64,000 nucleotides of DNA from NCBI GenBank assembly GCA_963713495.1, contig CAVQLX010000006.1:59747-123746 (forward strand), given 5' to 3'. This DNA is from an uncultured delta proteobacterium (GTDB lineage Bacteria > Desulfobacterota > Binatia > DP-6). The notes below the pieces were generated by a model. The model was given only the letters and a program-made list of their open reading frames with translations. It was not told where the DNA came from and did not search any database. The translations under genes and the position numbers were made by a program. Positions 20,285 through 30,356 of this stretch are shown here, in pieces; position 1 is the stretch's first letter; every line of letters begins with the position of its first letter.

Positions 20285-21073
20285 CAGCAGTCCTCGTCGG
20301 GGCTCTCGCAGGTCCGGGAGCGAGCGAACGACGGTGCGGTGGTCGCGCTCTCGCTCCCGAGGGCGGCACGGAGCCGCGCGAGCGCTTCGGCCGGCGTGTC
20401 GACGAAGTCGAGCAACCCGAGGTCCTCCGTCGGCGATCATTCCGTGGCGCACGAGCGCGGGGAAGTTCACGATCTCCTGCCAGTAGCTCGGCCCGTAGAG
20501 GAGCGTCACGATCGGCCGGGCGAGCTTGCGCGTCTGGCAGAGGGTCAGGATCTCGAACAGCTCGTCGAGCGTGCCGAAGCCACCGGGAAAGACGATGATG
20601 GCGCGCGCCAGGTGCGCGAACCAGAGCTTGCGCATGAAGAAGTAGTGGAACTCGAACCCGAGTCCCGGCGTGATGTAAGGGTTCGGCCGCTGCTCGTTGG
20701 GGAGGCCGATGTTGAGCCCGATCGTGCGGCCGCCCGCGTCGGCCGCGCCGCGGTTGGCGGCCTCCATGATGCCGCCTCCGCCCCCGCTGCAGACGAGAAA
20801 GCGGCGCGCCGGCGACGCGATTCCGAGCGACCATTCGGTCACCAGGCGCGCGACCTCGCGCGCCTCGGCGTAGTAGCGCCCGAGGGGCCCGTCGGCGCGC
20901 ATCCGGGCCGACCCGAAGAACACGATCGTGTCGTGGACGCGCTCCCGCTCGAACGCGTGCAGGGGCTGGAGATACTCGGCGAGGATGCGCAGCGGCCGCG
21001 CGGCGTCGCTGTCGAGGAATGCCTCGTCCCGGTAGGCGAGCAGCGGATCGGTGGGCGTCATGGCGCGGGGCAT
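20284..21073 (-). CDS. LOG-family protein (TIGR00730-type nucleotide 5'-monophosphate nucleosidase-like), with a frameshift near its 3' end
   Basis: VFFGSARM...GGGGGIMEAANRGA..GGRTIGLNIGLPNEQRPNPY...PGGFGTLDELFEILTLCQTRK. The C-terminus EDLGLLDFVDTPAEALARLRAAL is recovered in the +1 frame. Confidence 0.7.
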
Positions 21074-21136
21074 GGTGACAGAGGAGCGCGCATATCGCCA
21101 AATGGGCGATGGGGCTCGGCCGTCGGCCCTCGACAA

Positions 21137-21165
21137 TTGTACCCGGACGATATTGCGTCTATATT
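21137..21165 (+). promoter_or_regulatory. Sigma-70-like promoter (TTGTAC, 17-bp spacer, TATATT) in an AT-rich divergent intergenic region upstream of the DUF2239 gene
   Basis: ttgtac ccggacgatattgcgtc tatatt. The local AT-rich patch is unusual in a ~70% GC window. Confidence 0.3.
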
Positions 21166-21186
21166 TTGCCCGGGTATTATAAGGGC

Positions 21187-21738
21187 ATGGACCCGGACAA
21201 GACGTTCACCGCGTTCGCCTCCGACCGCATCGTCGCCGCCGGGGCGATGGCCGACATGCTGCGCGCCGTGAAGCGGCACCTCGACCGCCACCCCGATGCA
21301 GGCGTGCTGATCTTCGACGACCAGACCGGGCAGCAGGTCGATTTCGACCTCCGCGGCCGGCTCGACGACGTGCTGGCACGCGAGACACCACCGGCCCCGG
21401 GTCCCGGCCGCCCCAGGCTGGGCGTGGTCTCGCGCGAGGTCTCGCTCTTGCCGCGTCACTGGGAGTGGCTCGAGCAGCAGCCCAACGGGATCTCCGCGGC
21501 GCTGCGCCGGATCGTCGACGAGGCGAGCAAGCGCAATCCCGACGCGCAACGAGCGCGCCGCGCCCGCGACGCGGCGAGCCGCGTCATGACGGCGCTGGCC
21601 GGCGACCGCCCGGGTTTCGAGGAAGCCTCGCGCGCACTGTTCGCCGGCGATCACGCCCGGCTCCAGTCGCTCACCCGCCGCTGGCCGATCGATCTGCGCC
21701 GTCACCTGGCCCGACTCCTCGGCATGCCATCGCCGTGA
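21187..21738 (+). CDS. DUF2239-family protein
   Basis: MDPDKTFTAFASDRIVAAGAMADMLRAVKRHLDRHPDAGVLIFDDQTGQQVDFDLRG...GRPRLGVVSREVSLLPRHWEWL is characteristic of DUF2239. Confidence 0.6.
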   Translation: MDPDKTFTAFASDRIVAAGAMADMLRAVKRHLDRHPDAGVLIFDDQTGQQVDFDLRGRLDDVLARETPPAPGPGRPRLGVVSREVSLLPRHWEWLEQQPNGISAALRRIVDEASKRNPDAQRARRARDAASRVMTALAGDRPGFEEASRALFAGDHARLQSLTRRWPIDLRRHLARLLGMPSP

Positions 21739-21840
21739 CCAGGCCTCTGGTAGTCGCCGCGGCATGCGGTCCGTCTCACCCTTGGCGGCACGCGTGCGGC
21801 TGCCTATGCTGCGCGCGTGTTTCCCGGAGGCCTTCGCGCG

Positions 21841-23316
21841 ATGGCGTACTGCCGGCCGGACAGCGTGCGCCCGGGCGACGAGGTGGCGCTGCATCTGTCC
21901 GCCGCCACGCCGACTGTCTCGGTGGAAGTCGTGCGCGACGGCCTCGAGTCCGAGGTGGTGTGGCGGGGAGCTGGCGTCGCGGCACCGGCGTTGCCGATTC
22001 CGGACGACGCTCCCGAGGCGGGATGCGGATGGCCGGCGGCGATCACCATTCCCGTGGACGCATCCTGGCGCAGCGGTCTCTACCTCGTGCGCCTCGTGCC
22101 CGCTGACATGACCGAGGCCGAGTCCCCGACGGCCTTCTTCGTCGTGCGCGCCGTGACCCCGTCGGCCGACGCCATCGTCCTCGTCCTCGCGACGACGACG
22201 TGGAACGCCTACAACGACGTCGGTGGCCGCAATTTCTACACCGGCGCGGTCGAGCTCTCGTTCGAGCGTCCTCTCTCCGTCGGCATGCTGGCGAAGCCGG
22301 CGGGGAGCGGCGAACGCGTGGCCACCATCGACGCGGGGACCGGTGCCGCGGCGTTCATGGAGTACACCGCGCGTCACGGCCTCGCGATGTGGCACGGCAT
22401 GGCGGGCTGGGCGGCGTGGGAGCGACGCTTCCTCCGCTGGGCCGAGGCCGCCGGCTATCGCATCGACGTCGCCACCAGCCTCGATCTCGATCGCGATCCG
22501 GATCTGCTCGTGCCCTATCGACTGCACGTGAGTGTCGGCCACGACGAATACTGGAGTGCCGGCATGCGCGACGCCGTCGAGCGCTTCGTCGCGCGAGGCG
22601 GTCACGTCGTGTTCTTCTCGGGCAACACCTGCTACTGGCAGATCCGCCTCGAGGACACGCGCGAGACCTGCTTCAAGCATCGCTTCCGCGACGACCCCGT
22701 CCACGGCACCGACCGTCGCGCGTCGACCACGACCATCTGGTCGGATCCCCAATTGGCGCGGCCCGAGAACCAGCTCACCGGGGTGTCCTTCACACGTGGC
22801 GGATACGCGCGGACGGCGCGGAGCGTGCCGGCAGGAAGCGGCGGCTACGAGGTCCATCGACCGGATCACTGGGTGTTCGGCGGCACCGGGCTACGCCGGG
22901 GTGATCAGCTGGGCGCTGCGCCGGTCGTCGTCGGTTACGAATGTGACGGCTGCGAGCTCGCGCTCGTCGATGGGCTCCCCGTGGCGACCGGCACCGACGG
23001 GACACCGCGGACGTTCGAGATTCTCGCCACCGCGCCGGCCACGCCGTTCGACCGGCGCACGACCCCGCTGCCCCTCGCGCCGGGTGCGGAGTACGAGCTC
23101 GAGTTCCATGCCCGCACCCTCCTTGGCGACGACGGCCCCGCGAGCTGCGATCGCCTACGCCATGGACACGCCGTGCTCGGCACCTACGTGGGCGGCGGGA
23201 CGGTGGTGACGACGGGGTGCACCGACTGGGCGTACGGCCTCGACGATCCCGCCGTATCGCGCGTCACGCGCAACGTCCTCGATCGTCTCGGCCGCGGACG
23301 TGGCAATGCTGGATGA
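21841..23316 (+). CDS. N,N-dimethylformamidase beta-subunit-like family protein (large conserved hypothetical)
   Basis: GGAGG lies 9 nt upstream of the ATG at 21841. Motifs LVLATTTWNAYNDVGG and FFSGNTCYWQIR are typical of this family. Confidence 0.5.
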   Translation: MAYCRPDSVRPGDEVALHLSAATPTVSVEVVRDGLESEVVWRGAGVAAPALPIPDDAPEAGCGWPAAITIPVDASWRSGLYLVRLVPADMTEAESPTAFFVVRAVTPSADAIVLVLATTTWNAYNDVGGRNFYTGAVELSFERPLSVGMLAKPAGSGERVATIDAGTGAAAFMEYTARHGLAMWHGMAGWAAWERRFLRWAEAAGYRIDVATSLDLDRDPDLLVPYRLHVSVGHDEYWSAGMRDAVERFVARGGHVVFFSGNTCYWQIRLEDTRETCFKHRFRDDPVHGTDRRASTTTIWSDPQLARPENQLTGVSFTRGGYARTARSVPAGSGGYEVHRPDHWVFGGTGLRRGDQLGAAPVVVGYECDGCELALVDGLPVATGTDGTPRTFEILATAPATPFDRRTTPLPLAPGAEYELEFHARTLLGDDGPASCDRLRHGHAVLGTYVGGGTVVTTGCTDWAYGLDDPAVSRVTRNVLDRLGRGRGNAG

Positions 23317-23523
23317 AGGCGGGCCTCACGCCAGCGCGACGCCGCTGCGGGCGAGAGCCTGTGCCAACTGGGGCCCGGACGACAAGGCATCACCGCCGTC
23401 GACGGCGGCACGTACACGCTCGATGGCGTGTGGGATGCCAGCGAGGCCCAGCTCCCACGCACTTCCGGCACCGCCACCCGACCCGGGAGGTTGCGGCGCG
23501 AGCAACCTCCCGGGGGGCGACGG

Positions 23524-24907
23524 CTAGAGCTGCTTCCTGAGCGTCTTCAGGTCGTCGAGAATCGGCCCGGCGTCCGCCAGCAGCGCCGCGCGGGTGTCCG
23601 CGGGGATGTTCTTGCGCGAGCGCAGCGACCGCAGGCGATGATCGAAGTCGATCAGCTTGCGGGCCGCTTTCTTGAGGGCGTTGCTGGCGGGCTTCTTCCG
23701 GCCAGCCGTGACGGAGTCATCGGCCGCCTGTGTCTTCGACCGTGCGGCCGCCACGCCGTTGCGCAGCGCGGTCTTGGTGGTGCCCAGGTCCGACGCCGCG
23801 TCGACCGTCGCCAGCAGCGCTTCCAGCCGGCAGATGATCGACGCGAAGGTGGCCGCCCGGACGCCGCACCCCGATGCCAGCGTCGTGGTCGTCGTGGTGC
23901 TGGTCGGGTGTCGTCGTGGTGGTGATCGTGGTCGTCGTGCTCGCGGTCGTCGATGGAGGCGGGAAGCCCGCGCCGCCGATCTGGACGATCGAGTTTGCTG
24001 GATCGCCGCGGAAGGTGGCGACGAAGAAGTCGTTGGTCCTGGGATCGAACTCGAGTCCCCATGGTCCGACGCCGAGTCCCGAGGCGAAGCGGCTGTCGGT
24101 GGGATTGGCAGTGCCGAGCGTCGGCAGTCCACTCGTCTTGTCCACCGGCAGACCGGTGGCGGCGTCGATGGTGAGCAGACGCACCTCGCCGAAGTTGTAG
24201 TTGACGTACATCAGGTTGCCCGCGAGCGGACCGGACGGAACGTACTGGATGGCCCCGGTCCCCTGCTGCGGCAGGGTCACGAACAGGGTCACGGCGCCGG
24301 GGGTGAAGATGCCCGCACCGGCGGACGTGAGCGGCACCTCGTAGAGGTTCGCACCTTGCCACGAGCTGACCTGCATCATCCCGAAGCCGGTTCCGGGATC
24401 GGTGCGGTGCGGGGAGAAGGTCATGCCCGCGACCGACGACGGAACGCCGACGGTCCCCATGTTGAACTGCGTCTCTGCGCCCGTGACCCCGCCCGGTCGC
24501 TCGCCGAGGCGATTGGACGACCAGTACGTGTAGAAGAGCGTCCCGCCCGGGCCGATCTCGAACCCGGCATCGAGACCGGGCGTGGCGGCCGTTCCGTCGA
24601 AGACCTTGGTCACCGCGGCGGCGGGACCGAGGCCCGTCACGTCGCCGGTCAGCGGGTCGCGTGTCACCGGAACTCCGTAGAGCGCGCTCGTCGGCGTTTC
24701 CGACGCGCCGACCACGTAGAGCAGGTTGCCATCCGCCGAGAAGAGGAGGCCGGCGAGTGGCCCCGGGATCCCGAGCGACGTCGCGCTGAAGGTGTTCTTC
24801 ACCTGGAAGTTGCCGGGGTCGTCCAGGGTGACGACGGCGAGGGCGGGGGCTGCGGCGGCGCAAATGGCGAAGGACAGGACCGCGCGGAGGGGGTGTGCAA
24901 TCGACAT
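23524..24907 (-). CDS. Secreted beta-rich protein, Thr-rich linker, then the shared helical C-terminal module (one frameshift in the linker)
   Basis: Signal peptide MSIAHPLRAVLSFAICAAAAPALA. The linker PPPSTTASTTTTITTTTTP is followed, after a frame change, by TTTTTTLASGCGVRAATFASIICRLEALLATV...GRKKPASNALKKAARKLIDFDHRLRSL...LKTLRKQL*. Confidence 0.6.
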
Positions 24908-25096
24908 CGTGTCTCCTCGTTCTGTCTGAGGGCCTGTGGGGGTATGCAGTACGCCAGAGCAGACGGCGAGGACAAGACAAATGAGGAGGCGTCGTGTCGC
25001 CGGGGCGACCCGGAGCCTCCCGGATCTCCACCTTCAGTATGAGTGCCGGGGCGGCCGCACTAGACTTTCCATCGAGAATCGCGTCTATCGAGCGAC

Positions 25097-27136
25097 ATGG
25101 ATCGCCGCGCGTTCCTGCGCTTGACCGGTGCCGTCCTCGCCACCGCGGCGTTTCCCCCGGTGGTGCGCAAGGCGCTCGCGATCCCCGCCTCGTCGCGCCA
25201 CCGGTCGATCATGGACGTCGAGCACGTGGTCATCCTGATGCAGGAGAACCGCGCCTTCGACCACTACTTCGGCACGCTCCCGGGCGTGCGCGGGTTCGGC
25301 GACCGCATCACGATCCCGCTCCCGGGCGGGCGGTCGGTGTGGGAGCAGCAGGAGAGCGACGGGACGACGGTGCTGCCGTACCACCTCGACAGCGCCACCG
25401 GGAACGCGCAGCGCGTCCTCGGGACGCCGCACTTCTGGGCGGATGCGCACGGGGCCTGGAACAAGGGAGCCACCGGGCGATGGCCGGCATACAAGTTCCC
25501 GTGGTCGATGGGGCACTACGGCGAGCAGGAGGTGGCGTTCCAGTTCGCACTCGCCCGCGCGTTCACGGTCTGCGACGCGTACTTCTGCTCGATTCACTCG
25601 AGCACCAATCCGAACCGGCTGTTCATGTTCACGGGCACGAACGATCCGACGGGGGCGGGCGGCGGCCCCGTCATCACCAACGATCACGACTCGATCGGCC
25701 CGCCGGCAGAGGGATACGTCTGGACGACCTATCCCGAGCGGCTGGAGGCCGCGGGAATCGGCTGGAAGGTGTATCAGGACCTCGCCGACAACTTCAGCGA
25801 CAACTCGCTGGCCGGCTTCCGGCAATACCGCGAGCCGTACTTCTCCGGAGCAGCGTCGCCGCTGGTGCAGAAGGGTCTGTCGACGACGCTCACCAGCCCC
25901 ACGATGGACGAGCTTCGCGCCGACGTTCTCGCGGACACCCTTCCCGAGGTCTCCTGGATCATCGCCCCCGCCGCCTACTCCGAGCATGCCGGGCCGTCGA
26001 GCCCGATCCAGGGCGCCTGGTACACGCAGCAGGTGCTCGAGGCGCTCATCGCCGACCCCGCCGTGTGGAGCAAGACGGTGCTACTCGTCATGTTCGACGA
26101 GAACGACGGCTTCTTCGACCACGTGCCGCCGCCCTGTGCGCCGTCTCTCAACCCTGACGGAACGCTCGCCGGGGCCAGCACGGTCGTGGATGTCACCGAG
26201 CGCCACACCGACGGAAACGTCTACGGACCGGGACCGCGCGTTCCGATGATCGTCGTCTCGCCCTGGAGTCGCGGTGGCTGGGTGAACTCCGAGGCATTCG
26301 ATCACACGTCGCTCATCCGCTTCCTGGAGGCGCGCTTCGGCGTCATGGAGCCGAACATCAGCGCCTGGAGGCGCGCGGTGCTGGGAGACCTGACGTCGGC
26401 GTTCAATTTCCGCCGGCCCAACCACAAGCCGTTCCCCGTGCTCCCGAGCCTGACGCAGGGCGAAGCTTCGTCCATCCGCGCCGCGCAGGAGCAGCTGGGG
26501 CAGGTGGCGATCCCGTTCGGCGCCGCCGGTGCGGTCCCCGTGCAGCCCGCAGGCGTCCGGCCGTCACGCGCCCTGCCGTACGTGCTCCACGTGGACGCCG
26601 TCGTCGAGGCCGACGCGGAGCAGGTGCGCCTCCGCTTCCGGAACGTCGGCAAAGCTGGCGTCGTCTACCATGTCTACGATGGCGTGCGTCTCGATGCCGT
26701 CCCCCACCGCTACACGGTCGAGGCCGGGATGTCGCTCGAGGACACGTGGAGCGCCGGGCCAGACGTCGGCGGACGGTACGACCTCTGGGTCTTCGGGCCG
26801 AACGGCTTCCTGCGCCACGTGGCCGGTACCGCGAGCGGAGCCGATCCCGTCCGTCCCGAGGTCGATGTCGAGTACGCTCGCGCGCTGGAGATCACGCTGT
26901 CGAACGATGGCACCACGAGCTGCACCTTCACCCTGACGGCGAACGCCTATCGCCGCGGCTCCGCCTCGGTGCGGGTCGCGGCAGGCGGCCGCCGCACGCG
27001 GAGGTGGCCGCTCCGCCGGGGCTGGTACGACGTCACGATCACGTGCGACGGCGACGGCACGTTCGCGCGTCGTCTCGCGGGTCACGTCGAGAACGGCCGG
27101 CCGTCGGTGACGGACCCGGCGATGGGGCTCGGCTGA
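25097..27136 (+). CDS. Tat-secreted phosphocholine-specific phospholipase C (non-haemolytic PLC/acid phosphatase family)
   Basis: MDRRAFLRLTGAVLATAAFPP (Tat motif); HVVILMQENRAFDHYFGTL ... VLLVMFDENDGFFDHV; C-terminal tandem DUF756-like repeats. Confidence 0.85.
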   Translation: MDRRAFLRLTGAVLATAAFPPVVRKALAIPASSRHRSIMDVEHVVILMQENRAFDHYFGTLPGVRGFGDRITIPLPGGRSVWEQQESDGTTVLPYHLDSATGNAQRVLGTPHFWADAHGAWNKGATGRWPAYKFPWSMGHYGEQEVAFQFALARAFTVCDAYFCSIHSSTNPNRLFMFTGTNDPTGAGGGPVITNDHDSIGPPAEGYVWTTYPERLEAAGIGWKVYQDLADNFSDNSLAGFRQYREPYFSGAASPLVQKGLSTTLTSPTMDELRADVLADTLPEVSWIIAPAAYSEHAGPSSPIQGAWYTQQVLEALIADPAVWSKTVLLVMFDENDGFFDHVPPPCAPSLNPDGTLAGASTVVDVTERHTDGNVYGPGPRVPMIVVSPWSRGGWVNSEAFDHTSLIRFLEARFGVMEPNISAWRRAVLGDLTSAFNFRRPNHKPFPVLPSLTQGEASSIRAAQEQLGQVAIPFGAAGAVPVQPAGVRPSRALPYVLHVDAVVEADAEQVRLRFRNVGKAGVVYHVYDGVRLDAVPHRYTVEAGMSLEDTWSAGPDVGGRYDLWVFGPNGFLRHVAGTASGADPVRPEVDVEYARALEITLSNDGTTSCTFTLTANAYRRGSASVRVAAGGRRTRRWPLRRGWYDVTITCDGDGTFARRLAGHVENGRPSVTDPAMGLG

Positions 27137-27182
27137 AAACTGTTTGCCTTGCACGGCCTGCGTCGGCTAGGTCGACGACGCG

Positions 27183-28202
27183 ATGAGGGCTCCCGGCTGG
27201 TTGCTGAGTCTCGTGTGCGTGTTGGGACTGCGCACGCTTGCGACCGCACAGGGGATGCCCGACCTCCGTCTCGACACCGACTTGCTGGCCTCGTCGGTGA
27301 ACTACGACCTCCAGGTCTTCGACCCGCAAAGCTGCGAGCTCCAGGCCGCGGACCTCTGCGTGGCGGGGCCCGGCGTGCGGAAGCTGCTGCGCTTCAGCGT
27401 GTTCGCGATCAACCAGGGCACGGCCGATCTCGTCGTCGGGACGCCGGACCCGTCGATCCTGCTTCCGGACGGCTCGCCCGAGTGGGTCTATAGCTCGTGC
27501 CACAAGCACTTCCACTTCCAGACCTTCGCGCGCTACGAGCTCCGCCCCCGCGGTTCCGCGAACGCCGTGCTGCTGGGCCAGAAGCGGTCGTTCTGCATCG
27601 AGGACACGAAGAGGGCCTCCGACAGCGCACCGGACACGCCCCGATTCGGCTGCAATCCGAACGGCCTCAACGTCCAGGGCGTGCAGGTCGGCTGGGGCGA
27701 TCTCTACGCCAGCAGTCTTCCCTGCCAGTGGATCGACATCACCGACCTGCCGACGACCGGCGACTTCGATCTGTGTGTCACCATCAACACCGCAGGCCTG
27801 CTCCCCGAGATCGACGCCAGCAACGACCGCGGCTGCGTCCCGGTAACGATCGCCGAGCCCGCCGATACGACGCTGCCCAGGCTGGCCGTGCTGGCGCCGC
27901 ACAAGAAGAAGGTTCGCGCCGGCAAGCGCCTGAAGATCGCCTGGCGCAAGCACGTCAAGGGCAAGTTCCGCTTCATCGAGGTCCTGTTCTCGCGCGATCA
28001 CGGCGAGACCTGGGAATACGTGACCGCGACGCCGGAGACGAAGCGCAATGCATTCGTCTGGACGGTCCCCAGCGATGCCGTCACCGACGAGGCGCGGTTG
28101 CGTGTCGTGCTGTGGGCGGAGGCGGACGGAGTCCCGGACACGGACGCGGGCGCGTTCGTGCACGCCACCCGCGACAGCAAGCCGTTCCGTATCATTCCCT
28201 GA
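27183..28202 (+). CDS. Lysyl-oxidase (LOX) family copper amine oxidase homologue, secreted, with a C-terminal Ig-like domain
   Basis: Signal peptide MRAPGWLLSLVCVLGLRTLATAQG. SSCHKHFHFQTFARYEL matches the LOX copper-binding H-x-H-x-H segment and LTQ region. Confidence 0.7.
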   Translation: MRAPGWLLSLVCVLGLRTLATAQGMPDLRLDTDLLASSVNYDLQVFDPQSCELQAADLCVAGPGVRKLLRFSVFAINQGTADLVVGTPDPSILLPDGSPEWVYSSCHKHFHFQTFARYELRPRGSANAVLLGQKRSFCIEDTKRASDSAPDTPRFGCNPNGLNVQGVQVGWGDLYASSLPCQWIDITDLPTTGDFDLCVTINTAGLLPEIDASNDRGCVPVTIAEPADTTLPRLAVLAPHKKKVRAGKRLKIAWRKHVKGKFRFIEVLFSRDHGETWEYVTATPETKRNAFVWTVPSDAVTDEARLRVVLWAEADGVPDTDAGAFVHATRDSKPFRIIP

Positions 28203-28220
28203 GGCCCGAGGAGGACGAAC

Positions 28221-28778
28221 ATGCGACCCCGACTGATCACGCTGCTGGTCCTGCTCGCCACGTGTACCGGAGCAGCCGGGGCTCGCGGTCCCAAGTTGAT
28301 CCTGCCGCTCGTCCGCGCTCAGTGCCCCGGCGCGGTCCCGTGTCTCCCCGCGTTCGCGTTCCGGACCGGCGCGGCGCAGCTGACGTCCGCGAAGGAGCCG
28401 GCTCCGAGCTGTCCGAAGAGCGGCAAGCCGTCGGAAACGCCGGGCGGGACCGTCCAGATGGCCGGCGTGACGAGGGACGGCGCGCCGTACACCGGATCGC
28501 TCGCGGTCGAGGTCACGAACCAGACCACGTTCGGCTCGGACGGCGGGGACTGTCCGCTGAATGGCCTGCAGATCGAGACGCCCACGCTGCTCGGCACCCT
28601 CGATTGCAAGGCGGGTCGCTGCAACGGAAAGCTGCTGCCGTCGGCGTGCCTGCCTCGCGAGTGCATCGATGCGCCGATCACCACGGAGTTCCGCCTGCTC
28701 GAGGTCCTGGACGTTCCGACCCTGGAGGGCGGCAAGGCGATCGCGCGACCGGGCCTGTTCGTTGCGCCGGGAAAGTAA
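28221..28778 (+). CDS. Cysteine-rich lipoprotein (hypothetical)
   Basis: Lipobox LLATC in MRPRLITLLVLLATCTG; 10 Cys in the mature part; 18 bp downstream of the LOX gene. Confidence 0.55.
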   Translation: MRPRLITLLVLLATCTGAAGARGPKLILPLVRAQCPGAVPCLPAFAFRTGAAQLTSAKEPAPSCPKSGKPSETPGGTVQMAGVTRDGAPYTGSLAVEVTNQTTFGSDGGDCPLNGLQIETPTLLGTLDCKAGRCNGKLLPSACLPRECIDAPITTEFRLLEVLDVPTLEGGKAIARPGLFVAPGK

Positions 28779-28868
28779 CACACCGACGAATCACTTGACC
28801 CGAATGGCGCGCCCGATGGTACTCTCTGGCCGCCTCGGCCCGGTGCCGATGCTGAACGGGGGAAATCG

Positions 28869-30297
28869 ATGATGCGCGGCTTGCTGCTCCTGGTCTTCCT
28901 TGTCCTGCCTGCACTCCCGGTCGTTCACGCGGCCGATCAGACCGTCCGTGGGAGCACGCTGATCGTCAAGGACCCCGGCACGGACGCCAAACGCAAGATC
29001 ACCGTCAAGGCGAAGGAAGCCGCGAGCGACAACACGCTGGTCGGCGACCCGACCGTGAGCGGCGCGAGCATCACGATCACCGCCACTGGCGCGACGCCGA
29101 CCAGCCAGACGTTCACGCTGCCGGCGGGCACGAGCGCCATGACCCAGAAGCCATTCTGGAGCGGCGATGCGGTGAAGGGGTTCAAGTACAAGGACGGGAA
29201 GGGCGAGAACGGCGCCGTGAAGACGGCCCAGATCAAGCTCAAGGGCGGGACCTTCCAGATCAAGGTCTCCATCAACGGCAAGGGCGGCCCGGTGGACGTG
29301 GTGCCGCCGAATCCCGGCTCGGCCGGCTGCGCGTTCCTCGCCATCGGTGGGGGAGACACGTACAGCGTCCAGTTCGCGCCCGGTCAGGTGACGAACAAGG
29401 GGGCGGGTCTCTTCAAGGTCGCGAAGCCGAGCGGCGAGGGGTCGTGCGCGCCGACCACGACCACGATCACCAGCACGTCCACGACGACGACCACCCTGGA
29501 CCTGCCATTCATCCCGCCGCCCGGCGACGCGCCGCTGCGCTACCGTGACGCGGTGTTCGCCGCGGTGACCACCACCAGCAACATCGTCTACGGAAGCGCG
29601 ATGAACATCGCGGGTCAGACCATCACGCTACAGTTCGATTTCTACGAGCCCACCGGCGACTCGGTGACACAGCGTCCCGCCATCATCTGGGTGCACGGCG
29701 GCTCGTTCTCCTCGGGCGACAAGACCTCGCCAGAGCTGGTGGACGAGGCGAACACGTTCGCGAAGGAAGGGTACGTGAACGCGTCGATCAACTATCGCCT
29801 GGAACCCGGAGGATGCACCGCCTCCGCGCCGACCGCGAACTGCATCACCGCGATCCAGGAGGCGCTGGCGGATGCACAGACCGCGGTGCGCTTCCTGCGC
29901 ACGAACGCGGCGACCTACGGCATCGACCCGGGTCGCATCGCGATCGGCGGCTCGAGTGCCGGCGCGATCACGGCGCTCCACGTGGGGTTCCGCTCCAGCG
30001 AGGATCCGAGCGCGGCGGTCGGTGCCGCGGTGTCCCTCTCGGGCGCGTCTCTGCTCGTCACGATCGACGGTGGCGACGCGCCGAGCCTGCTGTTCCACGG
30101 CACGGCGGACACCGATCGTGCCGTATCAGTGGGCGGTGAATACCTACAACGCGGCGCTCGCCGCAGGCCTCGACTCGTTCCTCACGTCCTGGGCCGGCGC
30201 AGGGCACGTTCCGTACGTGCAGCACCGTACCGAGATTCTCGATCAGACCACGAACTTCCTGTACTGGGAGCTCGATCTGGCGAACGCGGCGCACTGA
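28869..30297 (+). CDS. Secreted alpha/beta-hydrolase-fold esterase/lipase with an N-terminal Lys/Gly-rich beta-domain and a Thr-rich linker (one frameshift near 30115)
   Basis: Signal peptide MMRGLLLLVFLVLPALPVVHA. N-domain ...FKYKDGKGENGAVKTAQIKLKGGTFQIKVSINGKGG; linker TTTTITSTSTTTTT. Esterase blocks HGGSFSSGD and GGSSAGA, with HGTAD / PYVQH in the shifted frame. Confidence 0.65.
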
Positions 30298-30356
30298 CCG
30301 AGACGGGCGGGGCGCCGGCCGACAGGCCGCGCCTCGCCCGTGAGCGACGCGGACGG

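Noticed and set aside
23870-23930. ACC/ACG-rich DNA repeats that look like microsatellites (similar repeats at 29455-29500 and 53760-53880)
   Set aside because: They encode the poly-Thr linkers of secreted proteins. They are codon-level rather than non-coding repeats, but they are probable hotspots for the observed frameshifts.
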